The notes beneath the pieces are model-generated. The model searched no databases, was not told the origin of the DNA, and saw only the letters and a list, made by a program, of their open reading frames with translations. Shown piece after piece: positions 14,271-26,962 of a stretch of 64,000 nt of DNA; position 1 is the stretch's first letter; each line of letters begins with the position of its first letter. The DNA comes from Eledone cirrhosa (Eukaryota). Location of the stretch: the NCBI GenBank assembly GCA_964016885.1, contig OZ024745.1, forward strand, positions 17,918,001-17,982,000, given 5' to 3'. Position numbers and translations under genes: made by a program.

Positions 14271-14326
14271 ACTGCCTGATGAGGTCATAGCCATTCAATG
14301 GCTATCATCGAAATATATATACCAGT
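14271..14326 (+). ncRNA. Type I hammerhead ribozyme motif
   Basis: actgc-CTGATGA-ggtcatagccattcaatggctatcatc-GAAA-tatata-TA-ccagt. A homologous degenerate copy lies at 31174-31228 on the minus strand. Confidence 0.7.
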
Positions 14327-14584
14327 AAATAAAGGATTATGAGATCATGCAATTGACTTATGTTTCGTCACTATATATATATATATATATATGTATATTA
14401 AAGAAACTATCAATCTGAAGAGCTAATAATTCCAGTGTTGTGAGCGATGATACTGATTGTACCGTGAGCTGAGCCATCGCGATAGGTGCGTCAGTCGTGA
14501 ATAAACAATGACATTTTGAAACCTTCTTCCTACTAATTATTATTAACACTCTGCTTATACACACACACGCACGCGCGCACACAC

Positions 14585-14644
<60 letters not shown>

Positions 14645-14690
14645 ACACACACACACACACACACAGACACACACACACACACACACACAG

Positions 14691-14735
<45 letters not shown>

Positions 14736-14736
14736 C

Positions 14737-14890
14737 AAGGAGCTTCTACAGGACTAGTACTGTTTCATTCAGATGGATGAAACAGTACTAGTCCTGTAGA
14801 AGCTCCTTCTATAAAATAAAAAAATTTACTCTGCCATGTATTGAGTACCTTACTTACTGTGGTTATCCCCGACTCAACCCGGGACCTACG
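14737..14890 (+). mobile_element. Short PLE-type terminal fragment with a perfect 32-bp hairpin, in (TA)n
   Basis: Arms 14737-14768 and 14777-14808 carry an HHR 3' half (GAAA-cagtactag-TC-ctgtag). The tail contains GTATTGAGTACC. A related copy lies at ~55030-55220. Confidence 0.55.
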
Positions 14891-14971
14891 TATATATATA
14901 TACATATATATACTTGGTATAAACCATATTGTACAGCCGCTCCGTGTTATTCTTCACTCCTTTATTATATA

Positions 14972-15025
<54 letters not shown>

Positions 15026-17581
15026 GTCAAAATCTACATATTCGTTGAAATACATCTACAAGACCGTCGTACATTCTATATTTATAGAGCTCCGTGTCTG
15101 ATATTCCACAGCCCCTATGCAACATTGTCTTTGGTGAACTACTTCTGAAGACGCATTACTTTAGTTGTATACATTTTATGTATTAAATCAATAAGTTCAT
15201 ATATTTATTTGCTAATTCAATATTCCATAATATTAGATAGAGTAATATGAACCAATTTCCAATTTGAAATGTAGTTAATTACTTTATTCGATATCTGATT
15301 AATTTACCATTTTCGTGAGATTAAATATTATTCTTCATTAGAGGATAAAAAATAATACTCGAAATAAATGTACAGCAATTAAGGCAATAAACACTTTGGA
15401 AATAAAATATAGACCTTTCATTTTTATTTTATTGTTTTTTCATTAATTTATTATATTGCTATGTTCTTAATTTGTCAAAACATTAAAGAGAATATTTGTT
15501 GTTTGAAATGTGTTTTACTTTCGTGTAACTTCGATACGTTTGTTTATTTATGTTTCTCATTTTATTTTTTTTCATTATGCCGATGAAATTTGACGAAATG
15601 TGATTATGGTTGATTTTGAAGTGGCAAGAAAAAAAACATTAAATGTTTGTAAAATCAAAAGCTTGAAATATCACCATCCTATTCCTCCCCTTTCTTTCAG
15701 GACCCACACGGACATAATTATATTCCTGCGAGGTTATAAATGAAGACACAAACATCGTCAGAGTTACTGAGATTATTATATCGAGTGGACCGTGCCGCTT
15801 CTTTCAATAATGAAAATGGTAATTGCCTTTAACTAATTGTTGCATCAGTCGTTGCTATAACTCTAGGTCAAACACGTCCATAAAACAATCCACAGCAACA
15901 GATTTTAAGACCATTAATTCGTTAACGTTGCTAACCTGAATGATTTAAGATGAGTAACCTTTTTTTGGCTTTCATTGATCATAAATGAATGTTTCTTTTA
16001 TCGTGTATTATGTTTTCAACCATTTCTTGTTAGTAGCTTTGTCAGAGACCATTCATAGAAGATCTCTTCAAATTTCTGAATTTCCCCAATAAACCTCAAT
16101 TAAAACATGGAAATCAAATGTAATTTCTAAACGCCGATACTCTTCACTTAGAAAATCATAGACCAATATTGTACAATTTGCTATGGTAAACTGTCGTTAG
16201 AAATATTATTTCATATCACAACTGCTGCATGAGTCAAGATAAAAACAAAATGTTCTTTAAATTAGATTATAAAATAAATTTAATTTTATATGCTAGAATT
16301 AGTAATGTTAAATATTAACACCAGTAACGTATAAATGTAAAATTAAAATGCTTTAATCAGAATTAGATTAAGATGACAAGTGCCTTACTAAGATGAGTAG
16401 ATTTTAATGAGAATGATTTCTATGTTGTTCCAACATTTATATTACATTTCTACATTGTATCGACAACAGCAATGACTAATTAGAGCAGAATTCAATATCC
16501 CCGTCACCCAACAGGAATTGAATTGGTTTTTTTTTTATAGGTTACGCTGGGTACTTCGGCTTATCTGAAGAGTTTCGAATTCTTGTTGTTTGTCAGTAGG
16601 CGGATGATAGGACAACGTATTAGAATAAAAGTGACGCTTAATCTCGCTCGTAGAAAGGTATAACCGATACTTCTTCTTATCGCCTTTTTGAATAGATTTC
16701 CAGCTCCTTACTTGAATTGAACGTTCTTTATCGCTAGTTGCTTGCAAAATAAAACATAACCTCTCTTTGGTAACAACCATCATCAGTTGTTATTCAGGAC
16801 CCATATTTATTACAAAATAACTAGCTTGTTATACAATGCGCTGAATACCTTCATTTCCAGTGTATATATGGATATCCTCCCGTAAAAGGTAATCCATTAA
16901 CTGACTGCTCAGAATATCAACCCAGATTCTACCCTCTTGGTGGTCTTGAGCAAAACAAACTCCAAGAATGTTAACAGTGGCATTAGACCACAACACTACT
17001 ATCAATATAATAATTGTTGATGTTTCGTTTGCTGTATGGTTTTTATCTGCGTTGGTATTGATTTTTCTATATTGTATAATTACGCCTCCAGATTAACGAT
17101 GCGTATATGTATAGGTACACATTATTTCTGTAGCTAATTCTTTTTTCCATAAAAGTTGTTGATATTTAAATGAAGCAATAACAAATATTACAGCTGCCGG
17201 ACAATTCCTATTGCCGATTACAGTTCATTTATTTCGAAACATCCATAGTCTCTTTGAATACGGAATACTTTGTAATCTTTCCGGTCAATAAATTCCTTGT
17301 ATTTACGCGAACGTCTTCACATACAAATTCACACGCACACATGCACATACTTAACATGGGTATATACCATTTATGTGTGTTTGTGTATATATATATATAT
17401 TGATATATAAAAATAGAGAGAGGGAGAGAGAAGGGAAAGAGAATAAGTGGGTGAGTGAGTGAGAGAGAGAGTGTGTGTGAGTGTAAGAGAGAGACTTCAT
17501 CAAAATACTCATTCTGCATTATAACTTGTATTGAGCACTACTCTGATTTGGAGTTTTCCCAGTCACTACACCGCAGAGTAT

Positions 17582-17811
<230 letters not shown>

Positions 17812-18139
17812 CGTATATATATATATACGTATTTGTGTGTATTTGTTTGGGTGTGTTGTGTGCACGTATTTCTATGCATGTTTGGAGATCTTACTAATTA
17901 AAGAATACCACCTTAACCACACCAACTCATACACAGAGAGACAATGATCTCAAACTCTATTACATTTAATACAAGCACGGTAGAAAATTCCCATGTCTTA
18001 CACACCATACATAAACTACATAAAATTCAAATCTCTTGTATATTCTGGTAGAGAACTGTTGCAGTGTGGATCAATGTGTAAACATTTAAACTTTATCTGA
18101 ATTTTTAATGACGAGATGCAGTAAGAATAAGACTAATAA

Positions 18140-18280
18140 TGATTTCTGATTTAGGCAAAAGTTTGAAGCAGGAAAATTCGACTAAAGTGACCCCAGTGCA
18201 TTACTGGTGCTTTATTTATCGACCCGGTAAGCATGAATGGCAAGGCTAACTAAAGCAGGATTTGAACTAAGAACGTAAAG
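18140..18280 (-). mobile_element. Degenerate SINE of the family at 24130-24320
   Basis: actggtgctttatttatcgacccgg..gcatgaatggcaagg..gatttgaact matches the reverse complement of the family core. Confidence 0.6.
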
Positions 18281-18379
18281 GTACAATGCAAAAGGGAAAT
18301 GACATTGTGGATATCCATATTATTATCCGTGTAAACAAAGAAATTGGTTAACAAAATAATGAATTAAAAGAACAGAATT

Positions 18380-19100
18380 CTCCCTTAGGTGAAGGAACAT
18401 ACGAGGGTTATTTAGGGATTCCAGAGATCCGAAAGCGTCCTAACACCAAATACATCATAGAAATGGGCTCTCTTCTCTCTAAACTCTTCAGTCAGTAGGT
18501 ACATGGTTGGATAAGGCCCATTCTCTTGGGTCGTATTCATTACATTCACCCACTTTTTAGCAAATCCAATGGGCTAGGATCTCTCTTTCCAACATAACAC
18601 TGTTTTCCGAATGGAATTTGAAAGGGTATATGAGGGCTCGGGGGAAGACGGGTGTATTTGGTTTCAATATTAGTCCTGTCCACCAGAAAACGTGTTTCGT
18701 CATAGCCACCAGATAAAGAAGAATTGCTTTCAATTCCTCTACAAAGGAAGGCTGTGTGGCGAGCTTTACAATGAAGTCAGCTGATTCAGGCAAGGCCCTA
18801 TATGTTAGCAATGCCCGGACATTGGAAGAATGCCTGCAGAACAGTTTTATCCCTCTTTGCGCCACTCGCACGGATCTGTTTCACAGCACTTCCATGCCAG
18901 TAGACATTGTCTCAGTATGGCAGTACTCCCCGGTAGCACAAACAGGCCAGGCATTTCTAGATTTTGTTCACATTCCCCGGACCATAGCTTCTCCTGAACA
19001 GACTTATTCTTTCTTATAGATCCCTAGATTTTCACCTTCATTTCCCTTTAGCAATCTTTGCAGATCTCATAGCCTCGGGCCATGCAAACTGAGGGGAACG
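18380..19100 (-). pseudogene. Old Tx1 ORF2 3' fragment
   Basis: ESADFIVKL..AILLYLVAMTKHVFWWT..FKFH..LEREIL resembles copy-1 ESIVRIK..AVFLCTVAMVKEVIWWT..FKYH..VEREAL. Confidence 0.7.
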
Positions 19101-19304
19101 AATAGTCACAAAATCATACTTGTAGGAGCGGAGTTTCAACCATTTATCTACATGCTTCAATATCAAAGTTATAACAATTACATGATACAAAAGGTTATCA
19201 TATTTTCTGCTCGTATAACAGACGTTTCGCTGTAATCAATGTATATTATATATATATATATAGAAAAAAAGATGAAATAGGAAATGCAACTGGAGTCTTA
19301 TTTA

Positions 19305-19356
<52 letters not shown>

Positions 19357-19716
19357 TAAATAAGACTCCAGTTGCATTTTCGATTTTATCTTTTTTTCTT
19401 TATACTTTCACTCGTGTAGGACACATCGGCTACTTTTCATTTTGTAAAAAAAAACCTCACTTTCTAATATATATATATATGAAATAAAATATGTTGAAAG
19501 GGTAATGCGCTAGAGAGAGAGAGAGGTCGTGTGTCATCAATAAAACAGGGAAATCCACCAGTGTATGGAATATATAACCTATGAAAGGCGGGGTAGACAC
19601 ACATTAATCAAAAATAATTTTAATTTATATTTTTAATTATTGTGTGTCTAGCTTGCCTTCTATAGGTTATAGATTCCATACACTGTTGGTTCTCCCTGTT
19701 TTATTGATGGCACACG

Positions 19717-19783
<67 letters not shown>

Positions 19784-19793
19784 TCTCTCTCTT

Positions 19794-19844
<51 letters not shown>

Positions 19845-19967
19845 AGTGTGTTACCCCTTCAACATATTGTATTTTAAAGAGCTCAGGATACTTTTCTTTG
19901 AGCACATTATTTACAGTGATATATATATACATATATATATATATGTATATATATATATACATACATG

Positions 19968-20033
<66 letters not shown>

Positions 20034-20539
20034 AATTAGTATATCTACTAACATATATATACAGATGCATACCTATGCTAGCAAATATATAGGTTTTGTT
20101 TTAGTAACTTTGTGGTTCAATGCATGGGGATGCAGAAAAAAAAAATATATATATATATCATAAACCATGTCCTTAGAATTATTAAATAAAATATATACCA
20201 TTTCCTCTCCCAATTAGCATAATTAACCATATAAAAAATCAATTAGACCAAGCTATAAGAATAAAGGCTCCTATGAAGAAATTTCCGACAAATAACCGAA
20301 AGCGGCCTCTTCGCGGTGACACCAATAGAGTATTTATCCAACATTTCAACATCATGTAGAAACTGACTAAATATACGGTCAAGCATACACAATTAGGTGT
20401 AAATTCAAACTATGCCTCGGACAGGCATAGCCTACATTTTCTATTTCCAGCCGAATATCCATTCGCGTGCCGAACGATATATATATACCAAAACAACGAT
20501 ATATACATACCCAAAACAACTGTACACGTAGATCCTAAA

Positions 20540-22755
20540 AAAAATTAAGTTATCCAAAAGAGATCTTGACAATGATGAAATGCAAATTCTGTCAAAAGGA
20601 CTGAAATTCACACCGACTCCAACAGTCAACCACCAAGAACTGAAGGAGGATACCCAAGAATTCTGTCGAAAATTACGTCTTGTAGAATTCTTCGCTGATA
20701 AAAGTAATGAGAGTGATGAATCACTAGTAAAGAATAAATCAAATTTCACTCCGCCAAAAGGAAGAAATATCTATCTCGACCAATACATTGACATCCTGTC
20801 TAAATTTCCTCTTAGACGTAATACTAATGTTAGGCCAAACATTAACAAATCAGAAATTTCTGCACTTAAACGTATACAAAATAATAAAACAATAATAATT
20901 AAACAAGCAGATAAAGGGGATGCAGTTGTTATAATGGATCCTGAATACTACAAGGATTTGGTTGAGGAACAACTGTAAGACATAACATTCTATCATGAAA
21001 TACCGTCAAATATAGACCACAACATCACGAAGAAGATCAACAACCTGGCTTCAAAATACCACAACTCACTTACTGATAAGGAAAGAGACTACATCACCAA
21101 TTTTGAGCCAAAACCCAGCAACCTGTATGGCCTACCGAAAGTTCATAAGTCAAAGAAATACAACCGGCAGTAAAAGAACAAAACAGTGGGTACATTAAAT
21201 TACTACACCCCAAAGACTTAAAACTTAGACCTATTATAGCTGGTCCAACATGCCCCACCCGCCGTCTAAGCAATTTTGTTGACATTATTTTGAAACCACT
21301 ATGTATTCACATACCCAGTTTCATCCTGGTGATATCGACTTCCTGTCCCATCTTCCCAAAACCACGGAAACGAATTCACTTCTACTTAGTTTTGATGTGG
21401 TAAGCCTTTACACCAACATTACACACGGTTTAGGAATAAAGGTGGTTAAATACTGGGTGGAAAACATAGAGATGTCATTCCCACCAGACTCACAGCGCCA
21501 TTTATATTAGACGCAGTGAACCTTATTCTAGAAAACAACACTTTCTTCTTCAATGGAAAGAACTACATCTAAATTAGAGGCACAGCGATGGGAACGAAGT
21601 TTTCTCCCGTTTACGCGACCTGTGTAATGGGATACTTAGAACAACAACTCTACCAAGAAATAGAGGAAAAATATTGCACTGGCTTTAGAAAGTACATTGA
21701 AAAATCTTGGAAGAGATACCTTGACGACTGTTTCATCATATGAACAGAATCTCTAGATACTCTGGATGATTTCAATATCCTCCTGAATAACCTACACCCA
21801 TCTCCCCAATTCACAAAAGAGATGAGTAGTACCAAATTACCATTCCTAGATATAATGGTAATCAAAAACGACACCACCATTACCACGGATATATATATTA
21901 TAAACACACTGACACCCATCAATATCTGAATTTTAAGTCGTGCAATAAACCTCATACAAAACGCAACATCCCATACTGCCTAGCCAGAAGAATTTTTACC
22001 ATTGTAGAAGATACGAATACCTGGAACAACCGCCTAACAGAACTGAGAGAATTTTTGCTCAAACAAAAATACCCATCTCTACTTATAGAAAATGGCATAC
22101 AGTGGGCTATAAAAATACCTATACAACAACTTAGAACAACCCAAGGAAGAAGAAACCAAGAACTGGTCATACCATTTATAATGACACACAACCCATGTCA
22201 CCAGAATATATTCAACACTACCAAAGCAAACCTACCGATCATTGCTCAAAGTAATGAATTAAAAGGCTTAATCACAGATTGATCTTTGACTCTTAGTAAA
22301 AGACAGCCGAAACATTTGAAGCAATTACTAACAAAGGCAAAGTTTGACAAAGACCAATCATTCACTGTATCTAAATGCAATGATAGTCGATGTGTCACAT
22401 GTCAATCCATACACGCCGGTCAATATATGAACACAAAAACTGGAAAAATATTCCCAAATGCAAATATAACTGCAAAAGCAGAAATCTAATTTACTGCATT
22501 AAATGCCCGAATTGTGAAGAACTATATGTCGGTCAAACTGGAAATGGACTATCGGAACGTGCACGGGTACACCGACACCAAATCAGAGATCCAAATGTCC
22601 GTCATATACCCCTAAGTAACCATCTAGCAACATGTGGTCAGAGAATATTTATAATATTTCCATTCTACAAATTACACAGCCCAAGTGAAATCAAGAGAAA
22701 AATCAAAGAAAAGAATGTTATTGATAAATTCCAACCCAAGCTAAATGAACAATAA
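20540..22755 (+). pseudogene. PLE reverse transcriptase / GIY-YIG endonuclease with stops and frameshifts
   Basis: LSKGLKFTPTP, KQADKG, YGLPKVHK, RPII, FDVVSLYTNI, GTAMG, RYLDD, LPFLD; linker CNDSRCVTC; GIY-YIG as LIYCIKCPNCEELYVGQT..ER..H; ends KFQPKLN. Confidence 0.92.
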
Positions 22756-23114
22756 TAATGGGATATTAATCCTACTATGACTATGACAACGACCACTAAC
22801 AACAACAACAATAATAATAATAAAAGTGATGTTGATGGTGATGATTACTAGAAATTGCTATTTTCATCATTTCTAAAAATAGCAAAACAATTGATGCTTT
22901 TGATAGGGTCAATTATTAGTCGCTAGACATGCTAAACCAACCGTGACGCCTAAACCAATCAGCTTTAGTAATCCAGTGAAACTACACACCGATAGGTCGA
23001 AATACAGTTTGCAGAATCTAGCATTCTGTAGCTGCTTTTCACTGTATATAAGGCACAACATTTACCCATCTCATTACAGTTTAAAATTGCAAAGTTGACT
23101 GTCACGACAGAATG

Positions 23115-23153
23115 TGAACCTGAAGATTGCGAAAGCATGAAAGTACTTGTTCA
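23115..23153 (+). ncRNA. Minimal type I hammerhead ribozyme in the PLE pseudo-LTR
   Basis: tgaac-CTGAAGA-ttgcgaaagcat-GAAA-gtac-TT-gttca; palindromic GTAC stem III, typical of PLE minimal HHRs. Confidence 0.8.
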
Positions 23154-23295
23154 ATTAACAATTAACATTTAATATTCCATCATACTATTTCATTCTAATA
23201 CCATTATGAATTTTAAAGGATTGTAAATAAAACGAGGAAATCATAAAAAGTTGGAATTCCTTTTATAGATATATATATATATATATATATATATC

Positions 23296-24040
23296 CTGAG
23301 GTATATGGCCTTTAAAGCGACGAAATGCCTACGACGGTTGGAAGGCCACTGATGAAGGACAAACTTTTTCATATGTAACCCATTTGCAACGCCGCAGCTC
23401 CATTATTATCATATTTACACATATATTTTTTCCTCCGCTGCCACCAGTCTGTTTCGTTCTTTGTATCTTTACCCTTTCTAGCAGTCTCTCTCTCTCTGTT
23501 AGCCTCTTCCTCACCTTTCACTTACTCACTCTCTGTCACTACCTCTCCTCCTCCCCTTTCTTCCCGTTTGACCTGTCCGTAATCCTTTTCTCGCGCGCTC
23601 TTGGCCAAGCCGGTATGAATTTTTTTCTCTCTCTCTCGTCTGCGACTTCACAGAACTTATGTTTACCGAATTCGCAGACCAGACCCCTTCTTCCTCCCGT
23701 TAGACCTGTGCGAAATTCCTTCCTTGCTCACATTTCAACCAGGTTTGATGGTCTTTATTCTCTAGTTCACGATTCCACTGAATTTATATTCATAGAAAAA
23801 TCTGGGACTTGTTTCTTTCTTCTTCATCACTTTCTGTTGCTTAAACCATTTTGTTTGTTTACCCTAGCGTCCCCTTTATTTACGTGTCCCAACGACTTTT
23901 TTTAGCCGTTGCTCGCACCAACCTGAGGTATATGGCCTTTAGAGCGACGAAATGCCTACGACGGTTGGAAGGCCACTGATGAGGACAAACTTTTTCATAT
24001 GTAACCCATTTGCAACGCCGCAGCTCCATTATTATCATAT
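23296..24040 (+). repeat. ~745-bp non-coding element with ~120-bp direct terminal repeats, in (TA)n
   Basis: cctgaggtatatggcc...cagctccattattatcatat occurs at 23296-23415 and 23922-24040. Confidence 0.75.
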
Positions 24041-24045
24041 ATATA

Positions 24046-24119
<74 letters not shown>

Positions 24120-24129
24120 GAGAGGGGGG

Positions 24130-24320
24130 GGCGGTGGATTGGCAGTATCGGTAGAGGGTCGAACGCCATGCTTTGCAGCACAGTTACGTCCTTTTACGGA
24201 CTGAGTTCAAATCCCGCCGAGGTTAACTTTGCCTTTCATCCTTACGGGGTCGATAAAATAAAGTACCAGTAATAGACTGGAGTAATTGCTGGCCTTGTGC
24301 CAAATGTAGAACCAAATAAT
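24130..24320 (+). mobile_element. tRNA-derived SINE; further copies ~31710-31892(-), 43930-44120(+), degenerate 46440-46790(-), 60440-60590(-)
   Basis: B-box-like GAGTTCAAATCC followed by the shared core gccgaggttaactttgcctttcatccttacggggtcgataaaataaagtaccagt; resembles octopus SINEs. Confidence 0.75.
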
Positions 24321-24556
24321 ATATATATATATATTGGAAAATGTGTGAGATCCTTGATACAGTTAGCCATATTTGTAAAAAAGGAAAAGAATGACTTCTC
24401 TTGTATATCTAAGTAATTTGATTTAATTTGATATTATAATATTTTAAAATATTGTAAAATATGATGTTAAATCAAATTATTTAGAACTACAAGTGAAGTC
24501 ATTCTTTTCCTTTTTTATAAATATATATATATATATTTATAGATAGATATATACTT

Positions 24557-24626
<70 letters not shown>

Positions 24627-25739
24627 ATAATAATAAATTTGAAGACTAAAATCCAAAGAGGGCTCGATAAGGATAAATATATATCAAATATATGAGAACC
24701 GTAGAGTAAGTATTTATTAAAATAACTTTAATCTGTTATTTTAATATATATATATATATTAAGGTTTGTTGGTTCACCACTGGATAGAACTGGTCATTCC
24801 GTATGGTCAATCCGGGTATAATATTGTGAAGAGTACTCAACGCAGTGCAGTTCACCCATCTTCGTTTGTGTAGTTGATGGTGCGAATACGGAGTTAATTA
24901 TAAATGAAGTAACAGGAGGCTGGACTGGTGTAAATCCTTGAAAGCTTTATTATACTATGATCATTTCAATGACCGGGTTCCATATGAATCTGGTGATATC
25001 ATCAGGTATTGGAATATAACAAAGGAATATGTAAAAAGCCATGGGTCCGAAAAATCATGGGTCCGAGAAACCAGAGACAGAGAATATATATATATATATA
25101 TATATTATTATTACTATATATATATATATATAGTAATAATAATAAATTTGAAGACTAAAATCCAACGTATTTATTTATATATATACGTTTATACGTCTAC
25201 ACGCACACACACACACACATATTTATATGTGCGTGTATTTGTATACCTATCGCGAGCGTTTTCGCGTATGCTTGTGTATGTACGTATACGGATGCGTGTA
25301 TGTATTTATTTAATTTCTATTACCTCTGTATTTTATTTCCTTTATTTGTAACTCTGAAGCGGAGAATCATTCGGTTTCCTAGTTAGAATTTTAGTCTACG
25401 ACTTTAGTTATACCATTTACGTGGTTTTGACTTTGCGTGCAATTGTTCTCTCCGCTCCACATATGACGTATTATCTTCATTTTTTCCGTTCATTGCCAGA
25501 GAACGTCTCCATGAACCACCTAATAGAATATTAGTCTACGACTTCTTTTATACCATAGACGTGCTTCTATCTTTGCGTGTAATTGTTTTTCACTGCTCTA
25601 AATAATGACGTATAATCTTCGTTTTTTCCCGTTCTTTGCCAGCGAACGTTTCCACGAACCAAAGTATCGTCTTCCTGTCTTCCTCCGGTTGCAACGTTTT
25701 TTGAAATATTCACTACTGCGTTCACAGATTGACTTTGTT

Positions 25740-25790
25740 AGTTTCAGAAGATCCCGTTAAGGGTGAAAGCAGCGATTCTTTGCTAAAACT
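25740..25790 (+). ncRNA. Hammerhead-like motif (core CAGAAGA) at the end of a dispersed repeat (related: 24624-24750, 25130-25810, 39092-39246)
   Basis: agttt-CAGAAGA-tcccgttaagggt-GAAA-gca..tgc-TA-aaact. Confidence 0.6.
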
Positions 25791-25874
25791 TTAATCTGTT
25801 ATTTTAATACATATATATATGTATGTATGTATATATATATATATATAAATATATATACTTACACACACACACAC

Positions 25875-25953
<79 letters not shown>

Positions 25954-26233
25954 TATGTATGTATATATATATATATATACATATATATACTTACATATAT
26001 ATATATATATATCTTCAGTTATACCATTTACGTGGTTTTGTCTTTGCGTGCAATTCTTCCCCACGCTCCACATATGACGTATTATCTTCGTTTTTTCCGT
26101 TCAATGCAAGAGAACGTCTCTATGAACCACCTAAGAGAATATTAGTCTACGACTTCTTGTGTATGACACACAAAAACAAGATGGCGTAGGACAGAACAAA
26201 GGAGAGGCAAAAAGACAAAGAAAAGAATCCCCA

Positions 26234-26277
26234 GTCACTGAAGAGCGTCACAGAATGTGTGACGAAAGAACTTTGAC
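26234..26277 (+). ncRNA. Degenerate type I hammerhead motif
   Basis: gtca-CTGAAGA-gc-gtcaca-gaatg-tgtgac-GAAA-gaac-TT-tgac. Confidence 0.5.
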
Positions 26278-26640
26278 AATATATAAACAATCATCTGGTT
26301 GTCGAACCAACCAACCAACCGGAAATTTATTAATTCCTAAATTTATAAATTTATTATAATAAATTGAAGTGAAAGCGTTTGGTGCGTTTGTTTCTTATTG
26401 GCAACATGACCCTTCCAAAGTATAACAATATCGGTTTCAACACACGTTTTCAGATAAAGAATCTTGCTAAACAAATTCAGAAACGAAATATATATATATA
26501 TATATATGATATATATATATATATATATTTTTTTTTTTTTCTTATATTTATTTGCGTGTGTGAATATGTAGAGGAGTGCATTTATGTATGTGTATGCATG
26601 TACGTGTGTATATATGTTTGATTGTGTGAATGTATGTATG

Positions 26641-26701
<61 letters not shown>

Positions 26702-26917
26702 GTTAAAGATGTACATCCATATATGTATACTGAAATACTAGTATGTATATGAATACACACACGTATACATATGTAGATGTACCAAGTTTTTTCACTGGTC
26801 ACTTTACTGTGAGTGGCCAGCTATTCTGTATGTAAACACACAGACAAACCGGTTTTTAGAGTCATACTGGTTTTTGAGGAAACACCTTTCCTCTATTCTC
26901 CAGAAAGCCAGACAAGG

Positions 26918-26962
26918 AATATTGAACTAGTTTCGTTGTTGTTACAACTCATCAGCAATATT
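26918..26962 (-). ncRNA. Type I hammerhead ribozyme (identical copies at 27385-27429, 27852-27896)
   Basis: Reverse complement reads aatattg-CTGATGA-gttgt-aaca-acaac-GAAA-ctag-TT-caatatt. Confidence 0.88.

Larger units (their letters stand above)
20160..23268 (+). mobile_element. Penelope-like element (RT + GIY-YIG) with 3' pseudo-LTR, in (TA)n
   Basis: Decayed ORF followed by CCAAT (~22954), TATATAA (~23045) and an HHR at 23115; TA tracts on both sides. Confidence 0.85.

Noticed and set aside
21730-22290. In-frame TGA codons in the PLE ORF as possible selenocysteine (reported for some Naiad PLEs)
   Set aside because: The TGA after YLDDCFII sits where Trp is expected. The ORF also has TAA stops and frameshifts, and I identified no SECIS; simple decay is more likely.
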